A stretch of DNA of 64,000 nucleotides from Leucoraja erinacea (taxonomy: Eukaryota), in the NCBI RefSeq assembly GCF_028641065.1, contig NC_073388.1, positions 14,012,001-14,076,000 on the forward strand. The letters are read 5' to 3'. Made by a program: the position numbers and the translations under genes. Below the pieces are notes generated by a model. The model had not been told where the DNA came from. It made no database searches and saw nothing but the letters and a program-made list of their open reading frames with translations. Below are positions 1 through 11,904 of the stretch, in pieces. How positions within the stretch are numbered: the stretch's first letter is position 1; each line of letters starts with the position of its first letter.

Positions 1-500
1 TATGAAAATCCTGCCATCCCAGGAATCAGTCTGGTGAACCTTCTCGGTAATCCCTCTATGGCAAGAATGTCCTTCCTCAGATTAGGAGACCAAAACTGTA
101 CGCAATACTCCAGGTGTGGTCTCACCAAGGCCCTGTACAACTGCAGTAGAACCTCCCTGCTCCTATACTTAAATCCTTTTGCTATGAATGCTAACATACC
201 ATTCGCTTTCTTCACTGCCTGCTGCACCTGCATGTTGCATGTGTCTACCTGAACGTTCACTATCTTATCCGCCTCCACCACCACTCCTGACAATGTGTCC
301 CAGGCCCCCACTACTCTCTGTGTAAAAAAACTTGCCCCGCACATCTCTGTTCAACCTTTCCATTCTCACTTTATAGTTAGGCTCCCTAGTGCTGCCTATT
401 TTTTTACCTGAGGTAAAAGGTTCTGACTGAAGGTTCGATCTATGCCTCTCATCATTCCATATACTAATGGCCTGCTCCTGATCCTGTTTTCTATGAGGGG
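1..500 (-). mobile_element. CR1/HER1-type LINE RT 3' fragments
   Basis: The reverse strand encodes the CR1 C-terminal motif (KANGMLAFIAKGFKYRSREVLLQLYRALVRPHLEYCVQFWSP), followed by a second degraded tail piece. Confidence 0.8.
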
Positions 501-1029
501 AACATTAAACAGCCAAGGAATTGCTGAATTAGAAATGCACCTTCCTGGCAGTCACACAATATGGCAATTCATTCACTGATTTATCACCATAATTAATCAC
601 CGTTAATTTGTTTGCAAAAAGACTATACAGGAGGTGAGGAAAGTCTTTGCGGAGGAAAACTTTGTGAACCATTCGCTTCATTGGCCACATGGGATTGCTC
701 ACGTTATCCATGCGAGCAATCAATCTTTGTAATTACACTTTAATCAATCATTGCTGTGCTGCTGTACATTAGTTCACGCAGAGAGCCTGTTCCATCAGTT
801 GACCGGTCTATTACTGAAATAATTGGTACCATAGATCAATTTGGTACCATAGATCAAGCAGATATATATATCATCTAATTCTACTCTTTTGGACAGGAAG
901 TCATGTTCTACTCCTCAAAATTGCCCATTACATCAATGCTCATGAACAAATTGCACAATCATAATTAAAATCCAATCTAATCCAATCATTCCAGCAGACG
1001 GTTTCTTTCCATACCTTTATTAGTTTTAA

Positions 1030-1126
1030 GGTAGACAAAAATGCTGGAGAAATTCAGCGGGTGAGGCAGCATCTACAGAGCGAAGGAAATGGGCGACGTT
1101 TCGGGGTCGAGACCCTTCTTCTATTC
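1030..1126 (-). mobile_element. PLE terminal-repeat fragment with 11-bp TSD
   Basis: gtagacaaaaatgctggag...gacgtttcggggtcgagacccttcttc flanked by ATTAGTTTTAA at 1019-1029 and 1127-1137. Confidence 0.7.
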
Positions 1127-1204
1127 ATTAGTTTTAACATATTTTCAATAAAGTGGTGTACACAATACTCAAGATGCACTTACAACCACCAATTGATTTA
1201 GAAT

Positions 1205-2490
1205 AGAACACAGTGCTGGAGTAACTCAGCGGGTCAGGCAGCATCTGCAGAAGGAAGAGATGGGAAATGTCTCAGGTCAGTATCCTTCTTCAGACTGATT
1301 GGAGTGAGTGTGTGGGGGGGAGGGGAGAAAGCTGGACAAGAGGCAGAGCTGGGATAAAGCCTGGTTAGTTTAGTTTAGTTTAGTTTAGAGATACAGCATG
1401 GAAACAGGCTCTTTGCCCCACAGAGTCTGCGCTGACCAGCGATCAGTGTACACTAACACTATCCTACACAGTAGGGACACTTTCCACTTTGCAGAAGATG
1501 TCTTTGGAGTGTGGAAGGAAACCAGAGCACCTGGAGAAAACCTATAGGTCACGAGGAGAATGAACAAAACTCTGTACAGACAGCACTCATAATCAGGATC
1601 GAACCCAGGCCTCCGATGCTGTAAGACAGTAATTCTACCGCTGCGCCACAGTGACGCCCTTAAGTGAAAGGTGGACAACAGTCAGTGGGGGTTGACTGGC
1701 AAATGGATGGATAAAGACGATAGGTGGAAAGGAGACAAAGGTTGTCAGATGTGGAGAGACGAGAAGTGAAATGTGGTCAGGGGGAAGGGGGGGGGTGGGA
1801 GGGGATGATATAGGTGCAAGGAGATGATTGTGGGGAAACTGGGCAAGATAGTGGATGAGAGAGGATGAGAAGAGAGGGGAAGGGGTGTGTTACTCCAAAT
1901 TGGAGAATTCAATGTTCACACCTTTGGGTCATGAGCTTGCCCAAGTGGAATATGAAGTGTTGTTTCTCTGTGTTGCCTGTGGCCTCACTCTGGCAATGGA
2001 GGAGGCCCAGGAGAGAGCTCTTCATCATACACGTTTTCCCAGTATTCCGCCCATCTTTCTTACTCCACCCGCCCCCACCCTAACCTTTCCACCTATATCT
2101 CTTCCTCCGCATTTCCATTCCTACTCTCCTTATTTAACGCTCTTTTGTCTACTTTTGCATCTCCAGCCTTTGTCCACACATCGGTCAATTTAACTCCTAT
2201 TTAACTCCTCCCTCACCTGTATCAACCTATCAACTGCCAGGCTTTGTCCCTCCCCCACCTCTTCTCCAGCTTTCTCTCCCCTACTCCGATCAGTCTGAAG
2301 GAAGGTCCCGATCTTTTCTCTCTGGGTTGGGGGGGGGGGGGGAAACGATGAACCAAGTTCATCTGCAGTGAAGATACACACAAAAAGGCCTCTCCATTCC
2401 TTCCACAGATGCTGCCTGACCCGCTGTGTTACTCCAGCACTCTGCATTTTATTAGACATTCCAGCGTCTGCAGTTACTTATGTCTCCATT
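1205..2490. mobile_element. Inverted pair of Penelope-like 3' ends (1205-2015 minus, 2020-2490 plus), the first interrupted by an HE1 SINE
   Basis: 1895-1970 is the reverse complement of a decayed GIY-YIG C-terminal motif (EQHLIFRLGxLxPxGMNIEFSNL-like); both arms end in the terminal-repeat motif. Confidence 0.65.
1365..1660 (-). mobile_element. HE1/V-SINE
   Basis: tRNA-like head (B box GGTTCGATCC), V-domain, CR1-like tail and (CTAAA)n end. Confidence 0.85.
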
Positions 2491-2905
2491 CCGATTTTGA
2501 GCGGAGATAATTTTGATCTTCACCAAAAATAAAAAGCCATGTTTACCTCAAATGTGGAAAAGTATCAGATTGTGACCCAGTACAGATCATTCCAGCCTAC
2601 AATTGAGCAGGGCTGATATGAAAGCCTGAGTTCCTTCAATTTAATTGTAGCATTTATCACATGATGCTCACTGAAACAAATGCTGCAGAATAACTTCATA
2701 CAGTGCAGCTATGATCCCTGGTCTGAACTAATTTAGTTGCTCACCGCTGCAGCAGCGACAACAAGGTGACAACTACCTGAGGGGAAACAAAGATAGAACA
2801 GGCGTGCAATCCCACTCCAGTGACCACTGCAACATTTATCAAAACGGGGGAGGGGGTTGGGGGGGGGGGGGGGGGGGAAACGATGAACCAAGTTCATCTG
2901 CAGTG

Positions 2906-3003
2906 AAGATACACACAAAAAGCTGGAGTAACTCAGCGGGACAGGCAGCATCTCTGAAGGGAAGGAATGGGTGACGTTTCGGGTTGAGACCCTTCTTCAG
3001 ACT
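2906..3003 (-). mobile_element. PLE terminal repeat with an intact minimal hammerhead core (2973-3000)
   Basis: The minus strand reads CTGAAGA-AGGGT-CTCA-ACCC-GAAACGTC; flanked by a duplicated GTTCATCTGCAGTG. Confidence 0.7.
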
Positions 3004-3449
3004 GGACCTTTGTTCATCTGCAGTGCCCTTCATAGTCAAATAGATCATCTTGAGTCACCGGGTTGCAACACGAGGTAAGTCTTTTGACAGAGACTGGAAG
3101 TGCTGGCAAAACCCAGGGACAACTACACCCTAATGAGTCGACTCCCTCCAAATCACAAACCCTTCAGGCAGATTGGATTGTTAGCTGTTGGGAGGGAAGC
3201 CAGTGCAGAAAAAGAGGAGCTAATTAATACTTTACATTCTGTTGCTGGAGCTTAGATCCCTTTTTCTCTTCACTTCGGTTGGCGACCTTACTTGCTGCTA
3301 TCAACATTAAAATGATGGAGTGACTATAGAAATCTGGTATCTATCTTGGATATGGATTCCAGAAATGAAATTTGAGCCACTAATTCATGGCAACTAAACA
3401 TTGAGCGTAAAGGACAATGAAGACTCCGTGTATTCTGTCACTATGTACA

Positions 3450-3745
3450 GTGGCACAGCTGCTAGAGCTGCTGCCTCACAGCACCAGAGACACGGGTTCG
3501 ATCCTGACCTTGGGAGCTGTCCGTGTGGAGTTTGCATGTTCTCCTTGTGACTGCGTGGGTTATCTCCGGGTGCTCCAGTTTTCCCTCTCATCCTGAAGAT
3601 TTGTGGGTTTGTGGCCTCTGTAAATTGCCCCTGGTGCGTAGGGAGCGGATGGGAAAGTGGGATAGCATAGAACTAGGGAGAATGGGTGATCAGTGGTTAG
3701 TGTGGACTTGGTGGGCCAAAGGGCTGTTTCCATGCTGAATCTTTC
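3450..3745 (+). mobile_element. HE1/V-SINE
   Basis: tggcacagct...gggttcgatcctgacc head; V-domain gtggagtttgcatgttctcc...gggtgctccagttt. Confidence 0.85.
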
Positions 3746-3864
3746 AGACCGAATCACACTGTACACAGGTTCAACTTCTCAGAGGTGTGAGAAGGTGATT
3801 GTGAAGCTGGCAAATAAACAGGATAATTCGAGTGGGATAACCATGTATTATTTTTAATACTTTA

Positions 3865-4370
3865 ATTTAGACTTTAGAGACTTTACAGATACAGTGCAGA
3901 AACAGGTCCTTTGGCCACCCGAGTCCGTGCCGACTAGCAATCGCCCCACTAATGCCCCTGTCCCACTTAGGAAACCTGAACGGAACCCTCGCGTGACTTT
4001 GCGCCCCACCCAAGGTTTCCGTGCGGTTGCCGGAGGTTGCAGGTGGTTGCCGGAGGTTGCAGGTAGTGGAAGCAGGTAGGGAGACTGACAAAAACCTCCG
4101 GGAACCTTGGGTGGGGTGCAAAGTCTCCAGAGGTTTCTGTTCAGGTTTCCTATGTAGGACAGGGGCAGAGCACTATCCTACACACACTAGGGACAATTAA
4201 CCTCCAAACCTGTATGTGTTTGTAGTTTGGGAGGAAACCAGAACACCCAGAGAAAACCATGCGGTCACAGGGAGAACGTACAAACTCTGTACAGACAACG
4301 CCCATAGTCAGGATCGAACTTGAGTCTCTGGTGCTGTAAGGCAGCAGCTTTACTGCTGCGCAACTGTGCC
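3865..4370 (-). mobile_element. HE1/V-SINE interrupted by a MITE
   Basis: SINE sequence is collinear on both sides of the 3953-4167 insertion. Confidence 0.8.
3953..4167. mobile_element. Palindromic MITE family A (TIR TGCCCCTGTCCCACTTAGGAAACCTGAAC), probably PIF/Harbinger
   Basis: Long terminal inverted repeats; inserted at a TAA within a SINE; three other copies in the window. Confidence 0.8.
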
Positions 4371-5162
4371 TTCCTATACACTGGAAGAAGTGACTGAGAA
4401 TTGTGTGTATCCCATCTAGAGTCCTGGATAGCAATTGGCAAGGCTCTGCAGTGTGCCCACGCAGTCAGTGATTAATAAATTGGAGATCAGATACAAATTT
4501 ATGAACATGCCATTTATTAACGGGTCCCAAAGGAACCTGTCACTGCATTGACCTCTGATCAAAAAGCCGCCAACATGAAAATAAATGAGCTTAGACGGGA
4601 GCACTAGCCTGCTGTTTCGTATAGACCAATGCAAGGTTGGATATGCTTGGTTATAGATGATTAAACTAACTTATTGAAGTTATATTCATCTTCTCTGCTA
4701 TAAAGACTGCAGATAAATGACTGAATTTCCTGCAGCAAGTAAGAATTTCATTGTCCAGTCCGGGACAAATGACAATAAAACACTCTTGACTCTTGATAAC
4801 AGCTCAAGAGTAAAATGAATGAGATGAGTGTCAGATGGAGAGTGGTGGTAACTGGCCTATGTGGATGCATTGAGCTGAAAGGCCAACTTACTTGCAGTTT
4901 GTTTCAATGGACTGCTGTCTTGCAGGTTTAGAAATCACGTTAGTTCCTATAGTTTAACAGTCAGTACATCCTCAGTGTGATGTGGCAACCACAGAGATTA
5001 GTAGAAAGCAGTTTTGTTTCCAGACGTGTGCAGAGCTACGAGATTACAGATGGAGCAGGAAGGAAATAATCAACTGAAGTACTTGATCGGAATCAATTTC
5101 AATCACTTCTGTTGCACAAGAAATGAACTTTGAACAGAAATAATACATTTGTATTTACAAGA

Positions 5163-5470
5163 TGGAGGCACAGTGGCGCAGTGGTAGAGTTATTGCCTAC
5201 AACGCCAGTAACCTGAGTTCGATCCTGACCTCGGGTGCTGTCGGTGTAGAGTTTGCATGTTGTCCCTGTGGCAGCGTGGATTTTCTGCGGGTGCTCCGGT
5301 TTCCTCCCACCTTCCAAAGACACGCAGATTTGTAGGTTAATTTGGCTTCTGTAAATTGCCCCTGGTGTGTAGGATAGAAATAGTGTATGGGTGGCTGCTG
5401 GTCTGCGTGGACTTGGTGGGCCAATGGGGCCCATTTCCACGCTGTATCTCTAAACCAAACTAACCTAAAC
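5163..5470 (+). mobile_element. HE1/V-SINE, near full length
   Basis: A-box tggcgcagtgg, B-box agttcgatcc, V-domain, ctaaac tail. Confidence 0.88.
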
Positions 5471-5625
5471 AAAACTATCTTTTAAGCCAGAATGGGAACA
5501 ATACATGGGGATCTTGTTATCGGGAGGAATTGGTTTATAGCAGTGAAATTCCCAAATCCATGAAGAAAAGTTCAGACAGTTCAAAGGGGAACCATTTGAT
5601 AAAGTTGACATGCTCTTTTAGAAGT

Positions 5626-5777
5626 AGACACAAAATGCTGGAGTAACTCAGTGGGACAGGCAGCATCTCTGGAGAAAAGGGATTCCTTCTCTGCAGAGAT
5701 GCTGCCTTTCCCGCTGAGTTACTCTGGGATTTTATGTCTATCTTCGATTTAAACCAACATCTGCAGATCCTTCCTAC
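5626..5777. mobile_element. Hairpin (inverted) PLE terminal-repeat insertion with 18-bp TSD
   Basis: Two opposite-orientation halves; ACATGCT(C/T)TTTTAGAAGT at 5608-5625 and 5778-5795. Confidence 0.7.
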
Positions 5778-5837
5778 ACATGCTTTTTTAGAAGTTGGTC
5801 TCAGATTTGTGCTGTGGAGGGCCATTCGGCTTCCGAA

Positions 5838-6142
5838 AGGGGCTGTCCCACTGTACGTGCTAATTCAAGAACTCCCCCAAGTTAAAAAAAAATCAAACTC
5901 GTGGTAAGCACGTAGAATGTACGTTGCGGGTACGTCGGAGCTCGGGACGTCTCTTAGCGGCTCGTAACGCTAACGGCCGGTACTCGGAAAACGGGAAGAC
6001 TCGTGAAGATTTTTCAACATGTTGAAAAATGTCCACGAGAGCCCCGAGTACCTACGAGCGGCTATTACCATAATTCTCCAAGTTCGAATCAGTGGAAACT
6101 TGGGAGAACTCTTGAATTCGCTCGTACAGTGGGACAGCCCCT
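5838..6142. mobile_element. MITE family B (TIR AGGGGCTGTCCCACTGTACG), probably PIF/Harbinger
   Basis: 20-bp perfect TIR with longer imperfect extension; flanks GAA/TAA; shares CTGTCCCACT with family A. Confidence 0.8.
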
Positions 6143-7059
6143 TAACCTGAGGTAGTCGGAAAACATGGACAGGGGATCAGCAAATGGGGCAAGTTAGCTT
6201 TCCAAGTTCTGAAAAGAAGAATTAATAATTTGAAGAGAGTGTCAAATTACACGCAGGTTTCATAACTGTGCATGTGTTATGGTGAAATATCTGAGTCATC
6301 ATTAATTCCATGAACTTGAAATTAAATACGTAACAAATTACAAATCTTTTCTTTATGGTGCATATTTACCTCAGGTGCAGTTGAAGACAGATTATAATAC
6401 AAGACTGAGCCATAAACGACAGCCATTCCCCAGTGCAAGTGGTTGCCTGATCAATTCCAACTATTCAATAAGGTCAGTATTCTGAGATGCAGAAAAATCA
6501 TTTGATGTTCCAGCTCCTCTTTGCTATCTAATCATTTTTGACTTTCAAAGAGAACCAAAGATGTGCCTATTTCTTTCTATCATAATGTTCACTTTCCTGG
6601 CAACATTCACTATTTGGAATAAAAACACAAGATTGGCTATTTATATGGGTTGCTGATGACTTAAGAAGTTGCACCCAAGTAAATTGTTATAGAAATGAGG
6701 AAAACTAAATACAAGAAACACAACCACAGTTTACTTTCAGCTATCCAGCATCCACCAAAAATGGGGGTGCTGTTTGTATGAATATACAGGTTGCATGAAA
6801 ATTGGTCAAAACTTATCCATCTACAGCATACGGATAAAGGATAAAGGGAATAATGATTAGTGCAAGATAAGGTCCAGTAGTCTGATTAAAGATAGCCTGA
6901 GGATCTCCAATGAGGCAGATGGTAGCTCAGGACCGCTCTCTCGTTGGTGATAGGGTGTTTTTTTCAGGAAGGGGAAAAAAAAAAGAAATAATTATAGAAA
7001 GAAATTTTAATGATGAGATGTGGATAGGGGAGGAGAATAAGTTATTGGCATCAGTTCAT

Positions 7060-7730
7060 TAGTGATAGGAGCAGAATTAGGCCCATCAAGTCTCCTCCGC
7101 CATTCAATCATGGTTGATCTATCTTTCCCTCCTAACCCCATTCTCCTACTTTGTCCCCATGACCCCTGTGCTAATCAAGAATCTATCTATCTCTACCTTA
7201 AAATATCCATTGACGGACTGCACAGCCTTCTGTGGCAATGAATTCCACAGATTCACCACCCTCGGATTAAATAAATTCCTCCTCATCTTCCTCAATGAAC
7301 ACCCTTTAATTCTGAGATTATTACCTTTGGTCCTAGACTCTCCCATTAGTGGAAACATCCTCTCCACATCCACTCTATCTAAGCCTTTCCCTATTCGGTA
7401 AGTTTCAATGCCCCTCCCCTCCCCTCCTCTCCTCCTCCTCTCCTCCTCCTCTCCTCCTCTCCTCCTCCTCCCCTCCCTCATCCTTCCAAACTCCAGCGAG
7501 TAGAGAAACCCGTTGCCGTCAAACGCGCATCACACGTTATTTAACCCACTCATTCCTGGGATAATTCTGGTAAACCTCCTCTGGACCATCTCCAGAGCCA
7601 CCACATCCTTCCTCGGACATGCCCCCCAAATTGCTCACGATACTCCAAAGGCTGTCTGACCAGCGCCTTGTAGAGCATCAGCATTGAATCCCTGATTTTG
7701 TATTCCAGTCCTCTGGAAATAAATGCTAGT
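7060..7730 (-). mobile_element. CR1 LINE 3' fragment containing a (CCT)n expansion (~7410-7480)
   Basis: ORF 7146-7481 encodes GLDRVDVERMFPLMGESRTKG...FNPRVVNLWNSLP, a CR1 C-terminal motif. Confidence 0.88.
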
Positions 7731-7879
7731 TCCCCTCGGATCAGTGTGACGGTTCTCCTCTAATCTAAGGTAGACACAAAATGCTGGTGAAACTCAGCGG
7801 GTGAGGCAGGATCTATGGAGAGAGGGAATGGGGGAACATTTCGGGTCGAGACCCTACTGCAGACTGAATCCACTAATCT

Positions 7880-8195
7880 AACCATTACGTGGTAAGTGGC
7901 CGCGGGGACGTGCGAGAGTGGGTGTGGAGGAGGCCCCAAGCTGACAAATGACACATGATCTCACTTTGACTTGTTGATTTCAAACTCCCCGCAGCTGCGT
8001 AAAGAAACCGTTTGTTCCAATGAAGGCGAAGTGACTCAGTCCTTCCCCTTTCCCCAGAGCGCTGCCTGGCTGGGACACACACACACAGAGAGAAACAGAC
8101 AGAGACCCCCCTCGCCGAGTGCCCCGGGCACGGACGATGCCCAGCGCTGCCCACAGGACATTCACAAGTCTACCCAGCCCACGGCTGCTACTGCC
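7880..8195 (+). promoter_or_regulatory. Probable promoter/5'UTR of the DLC-family gene (CpG-enriched, repeat-free)
   Basis: CpG-rich unique sequence directly upstream of a strong Kozak ATG; contains CCAAT (8017-8021), AP-1 TGACTCA (8032-8038), E-box CAGCTG (7992-7997) and TACGTG (7886-7891). The motifs are short and function is inferred. Confidence 0.5.
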
Positions 8196-8298
8196 ATGGA
8201 TGCATCAGAGCCGCCCAACGCGGTCAGGAGATCCCGCAGCTTCCACTTTAAGAGCCTGACAACATTCCTCGGCAAAATGAGCAACCGAAGAGCAATAG
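8196..8298 (+). CDS. Probable first coding exon of the DLC-family RhoGAP (MDASEPPNAVRRSRSFHFKSLTTFLGKMSNRRAI + G)
   Basis: ctgccATGG Kozak; 34 codons + 1 nt ending at the donor ATAG|GTAAGG. The phase-1 end joins the AG at 54197 to give GAG (E) of E-Q-E-A-K. Assignment is by phase and context, not by homology. Confidence 0.65.
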
Positions 8299-9079
8299 GT
8301 AAGGACAGAATCTTCTTTCATTTAAAAACCCGTCCTGTTGTCAAACGAATGGGTGGAAACTTCTTCCCAAACAGTGACAAGACACTGACTTGGATAGGAG
8401 CGTGTGAGTTTTAAAAGAGTTTCTGAGAGTTATGTTTTCTGGCTGATAGTTTATAAAGTGTCTGTTTAACACAAGAGCGGGGCACCCGAGGGATTTTTTT
8501 CCTTCTCGCTCCATGCTGCCGTCTGGTATAAATCGCCCCGTGGCACTAAAGTCCCAGCTTCGACTGGAAGTATCGGACAACATCAACTTTTCAACATTCA
8601 ATGCTGCGGCATTCGGCGAAAAGTAAATATCAACTCATCTTTGACTTGATTATACACCAGTGCCCGCGATAGTTTATCCGCATGGTTTGCCTTTGCACCG
8701 ATCCCATCTCTTCATTCATTACAGAACGTTTGATTTGGCAACATAAAAATATGATTCATGGTACACAAGTGGAATGGTCTTAACTGTAGGACTCTGTGAC
8801 TTGTTGGAAAAGCGTGATGGGGATTTGAAATGTACCTTCAGCGTCACTGTAAGGGTTTCGTCAAGATGAAAGTTTAACTTTCTGACATCTGGTGTTTTCG
8901 TTTTCACTTAACGCCGACGTTAACTGTTAAACACTGACAGCTTGGAAAGTTTATACCAAACTGTAAACCACTGCTTAGTGCGCACCCCCATATCTCAAAT
9001 CTACATCTTAAAGATGATTAAGAGTATTTCGAAGAAATTTGATTTGGTTGGCTGGCCTCAGAAGATGGGGCAGTACCTA

Positions 9080-9395
9080 GAGACATAGAGTGTTACAGTG
9101 TGGAAACTGTGATACTTCAGCCCAACTTGCCCACACCAGCCATCATGTCCCATCTACACTAGTCCCACTTGCCTGTCTTAATTGTTTCTGAAACATTGCA
9201 ACAACCCTGTCTCAACTACCTCCACTGGCAGGTCATTCCCACACCCTTTGTGTGAAAAAGTTACTCCTCAGATTCCTATTAAATCTTCACCGCCACCACC
9301 TCCAACTTAAACCCATGTCCTCTGATTCTCAAGTCCCCTACTCTGGACAAGAGACTCTGTGCATCTACCTGATCTATTCCTCTCCTGAATTTGTA
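9080..9395 (-). mobile_element. CR1 LINE 3' end, degraded
   Basis: Similar to the other CR1 tails in the window. Confidence 0.7.
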
Positions 9396-11904
9396 CTTGA
9401 GCTGTTGCTATTGGCTTTGACAACTTTGATTCAAGGAGCTGAGAATTTAGCCGTCCCAGGTCACAATCCAACGGCATCTAGGAGGTTTGTAGTAGGTTGG
9501 GTGGACTCATGACCTTGACAGAGAATAGGGTCAGGCCTGGTTATGCTCCCCTCGACCCTATGTTCCATATCTCAGCTTGTATGCGAATACCCGTCCACCA
9601 CCGATTTTCTGGCACCCTTGGCTCCAGCACCTTGATGGATTATCCGTTTTGCCAGACCAACAGAGGTCAGGGCCTCCGAGAGGAATCCGATGGTACGGGA
9701 ACAGTCTGCCTAGGGCGGCTGTCGAGGGGCTGAGATACTAACCAGCAAAGTCATCCTTGGAAATCCGTTATGGGAATGGGACTGCTGTCTCCAGAGCCCC
9801 AGCCGCAGGGGGCAAATGTGACCCACCGATCGACCACGGAAACCCATGTGAGGTTAAGATAGACCATCTCACCCGGCCTAGGTGCGGGAGGACCTCGGGG
9901 AGGTTTCAAGTGTTCTCGTGTAATTTTGTCTGGATTAAAGGAGGTGCTGGACCATCTCGGTGGTGGATGTATAATTTCAAACATTTTGCACTTGTATCAA
10001 TGCGACTTTATGAATGAGTTCATCGTCATAAATATAACACATTTCACATTAGGTGTGTATTTGGAGTATTATTGGAAAGGTGGACCAAGATAATACCACC
10101 TGCCATTCCTTCCTACGCATTGACCCAGATATTACATGTTTTGTTTTCACTGATTGTGCCAGGACATTATTAGCCAGGGTGTGCCGCCATTAATAGAAAA
10201 TAGACACAAAGTGCTGGAGTAACTCAACTGGGTCAGGCAGCATCTCTGGAGAAAAAGGAGGGGTGATGTTTTGGGTCAGCACCCTTTCTCGGACTGAAAG
10301 TAGAGGGGTGGGAAAAGGCCAGAACAAAGCAGGGCCAGCAACAGATGACCAAGGAAGGGTGGAGCCCATAATGGCCAGGACACTGGGATTGTCTGCTCTT
10401 CTGAACATTACCCATTGAGAGCTCTTTGTGTTTATTATCTGCAGCAGAAGGAGCGTGATCCTAACTCTGACAGCTCTAGTGCAATGATGTATGGCAACTC
10501 AGTGAATTCAAATCCATCTCCCAAATGCAGCAGCTGGAAGCAGTCTATAAAATCAATATTACTTAAGGAGACACGTAGTGATAATTGGGCATATATTCTG
10601 ATAGAGATATAGCTCCAGAACCTTCAGCCAGCCATGCTTGCTGCTAACTTGAATGTTAGGTTTGAAGTTTCATTTTGCAGATCCCATGGTGTTAACTTCC
10701 ATCCCATTGCCGGTGCAGTCATCACTGGCGATTCCCTGACTAGCATCAAGACTTTAGTTGATAAATGTGCTCACTTATGAGCACATGCAATGGGGCTGGT
10801 GAGGAGAGTGGTAAAACAAATGAATCCTATGAACCAATTGTAGCTAATCCATGTCTTGCCCCTCCTTGGCTTAGTCAGCTGTCAAACCAGCTTAATACGA
10901 GTGTTTCTGAGTGCTTCTGAGGGTTCGAAACATTCAGTGACTTTTAACACAATTTTAAGTTCAATGGTACTTTTTAGTCCAGCGAAATTTATATACAGTT
11001 CAGTAAGAGTATTCCTGTACATAATCACATCAGATTTAGTACAAGTGTTAAGTAATAGTACGTTGTAATAGTGTACAGACGTCGCCAGGTTTGGTGCCAT
11101 TTTCGAGTTCATGTTGTCATGAGTCCAGAGTTTGTAACTTGGCTACAAAGGCCTGTTGTCTTGGCAGCGTTGGCGGGTTGGCCTGGCCTGGCCAAGCGTA
11201 GATGTTGGAGTTCACCATCGCTGCTCCACCGTTCATGCCATTTCAGGTCTCATCCAGACTGAGCGCTCGGTGTCTTGGAGTGGCCCCCGATCTAGTCAAG
11301 CCCCAGGCTATTGCGGGGCCTCCATTGTTGTGGTGCACTGTGCTGCCTCCTGCAGCCGATACCTCCCCCCTCCCCACACCCCCCTCTTTGCTTTGGTTTG
11401 TACCAAAGATAAGACACAAAGTTCTGGAGCAACACGCGTTTGGTGACGCCATCTTTAATCTCTTCACCCTCCTCTCTGGCTCTCTGGGATGAGCAGGGCT
11501 GGGCTTGGCTGCTGGCCTCCTTACTATTTGCAATACCAACCAATTCCAACAAACCCACTTAAAATAATGCATAAAACTGAACTATATTCAGCTAATATGA
11601 CCTAATATTTAACATAGTCTATCTTAGCACTACTTCACCCGGCAGATTCTCAGTGTTACTGGTGGGGAATTGCTGCATCTTAGGCTTCAGTACAGGAGCA
11701 GATGATGGATCTGTAAGTGGAATGCTGCCAAGAAAAAGCAAGCAAAGAATGTATAGCACTCACAAGGCTTCCACATTTCAATGTGAGCATGCAGAAATCC
11801 TGAACTTGGTGGCAGCTTTATGGGGAAATGTTGGCAGTTTAGTCACGAGCTACTGCATATTCCTGTAAGGCTTATGATCTGTACTTAATATGATCAATGA
11901 GACC

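Noticed and set aside
823-858. Short tandem duplication ttggtaccatagatcaa
   Set aside because: Ordinary two-copy slippage duplication with no further structure.
3030-3080. Strong donor CGAG|GTAAGT
   Set aside because: No supporting ORF or promoter evidence; such matches occur by chance in 64 kb.
5163-5235. tRNA genes (many A/B-box matches)
   Set aside because: All continue into the V-domain and LINE-like tail, so they are SINE heads rather than tRNAs.
7971-8414. 147-aa single-exon ORF
   Set aside because: Non-ATG start, and it reads through a strong donor at 8299; only 8196-8298 is supported.
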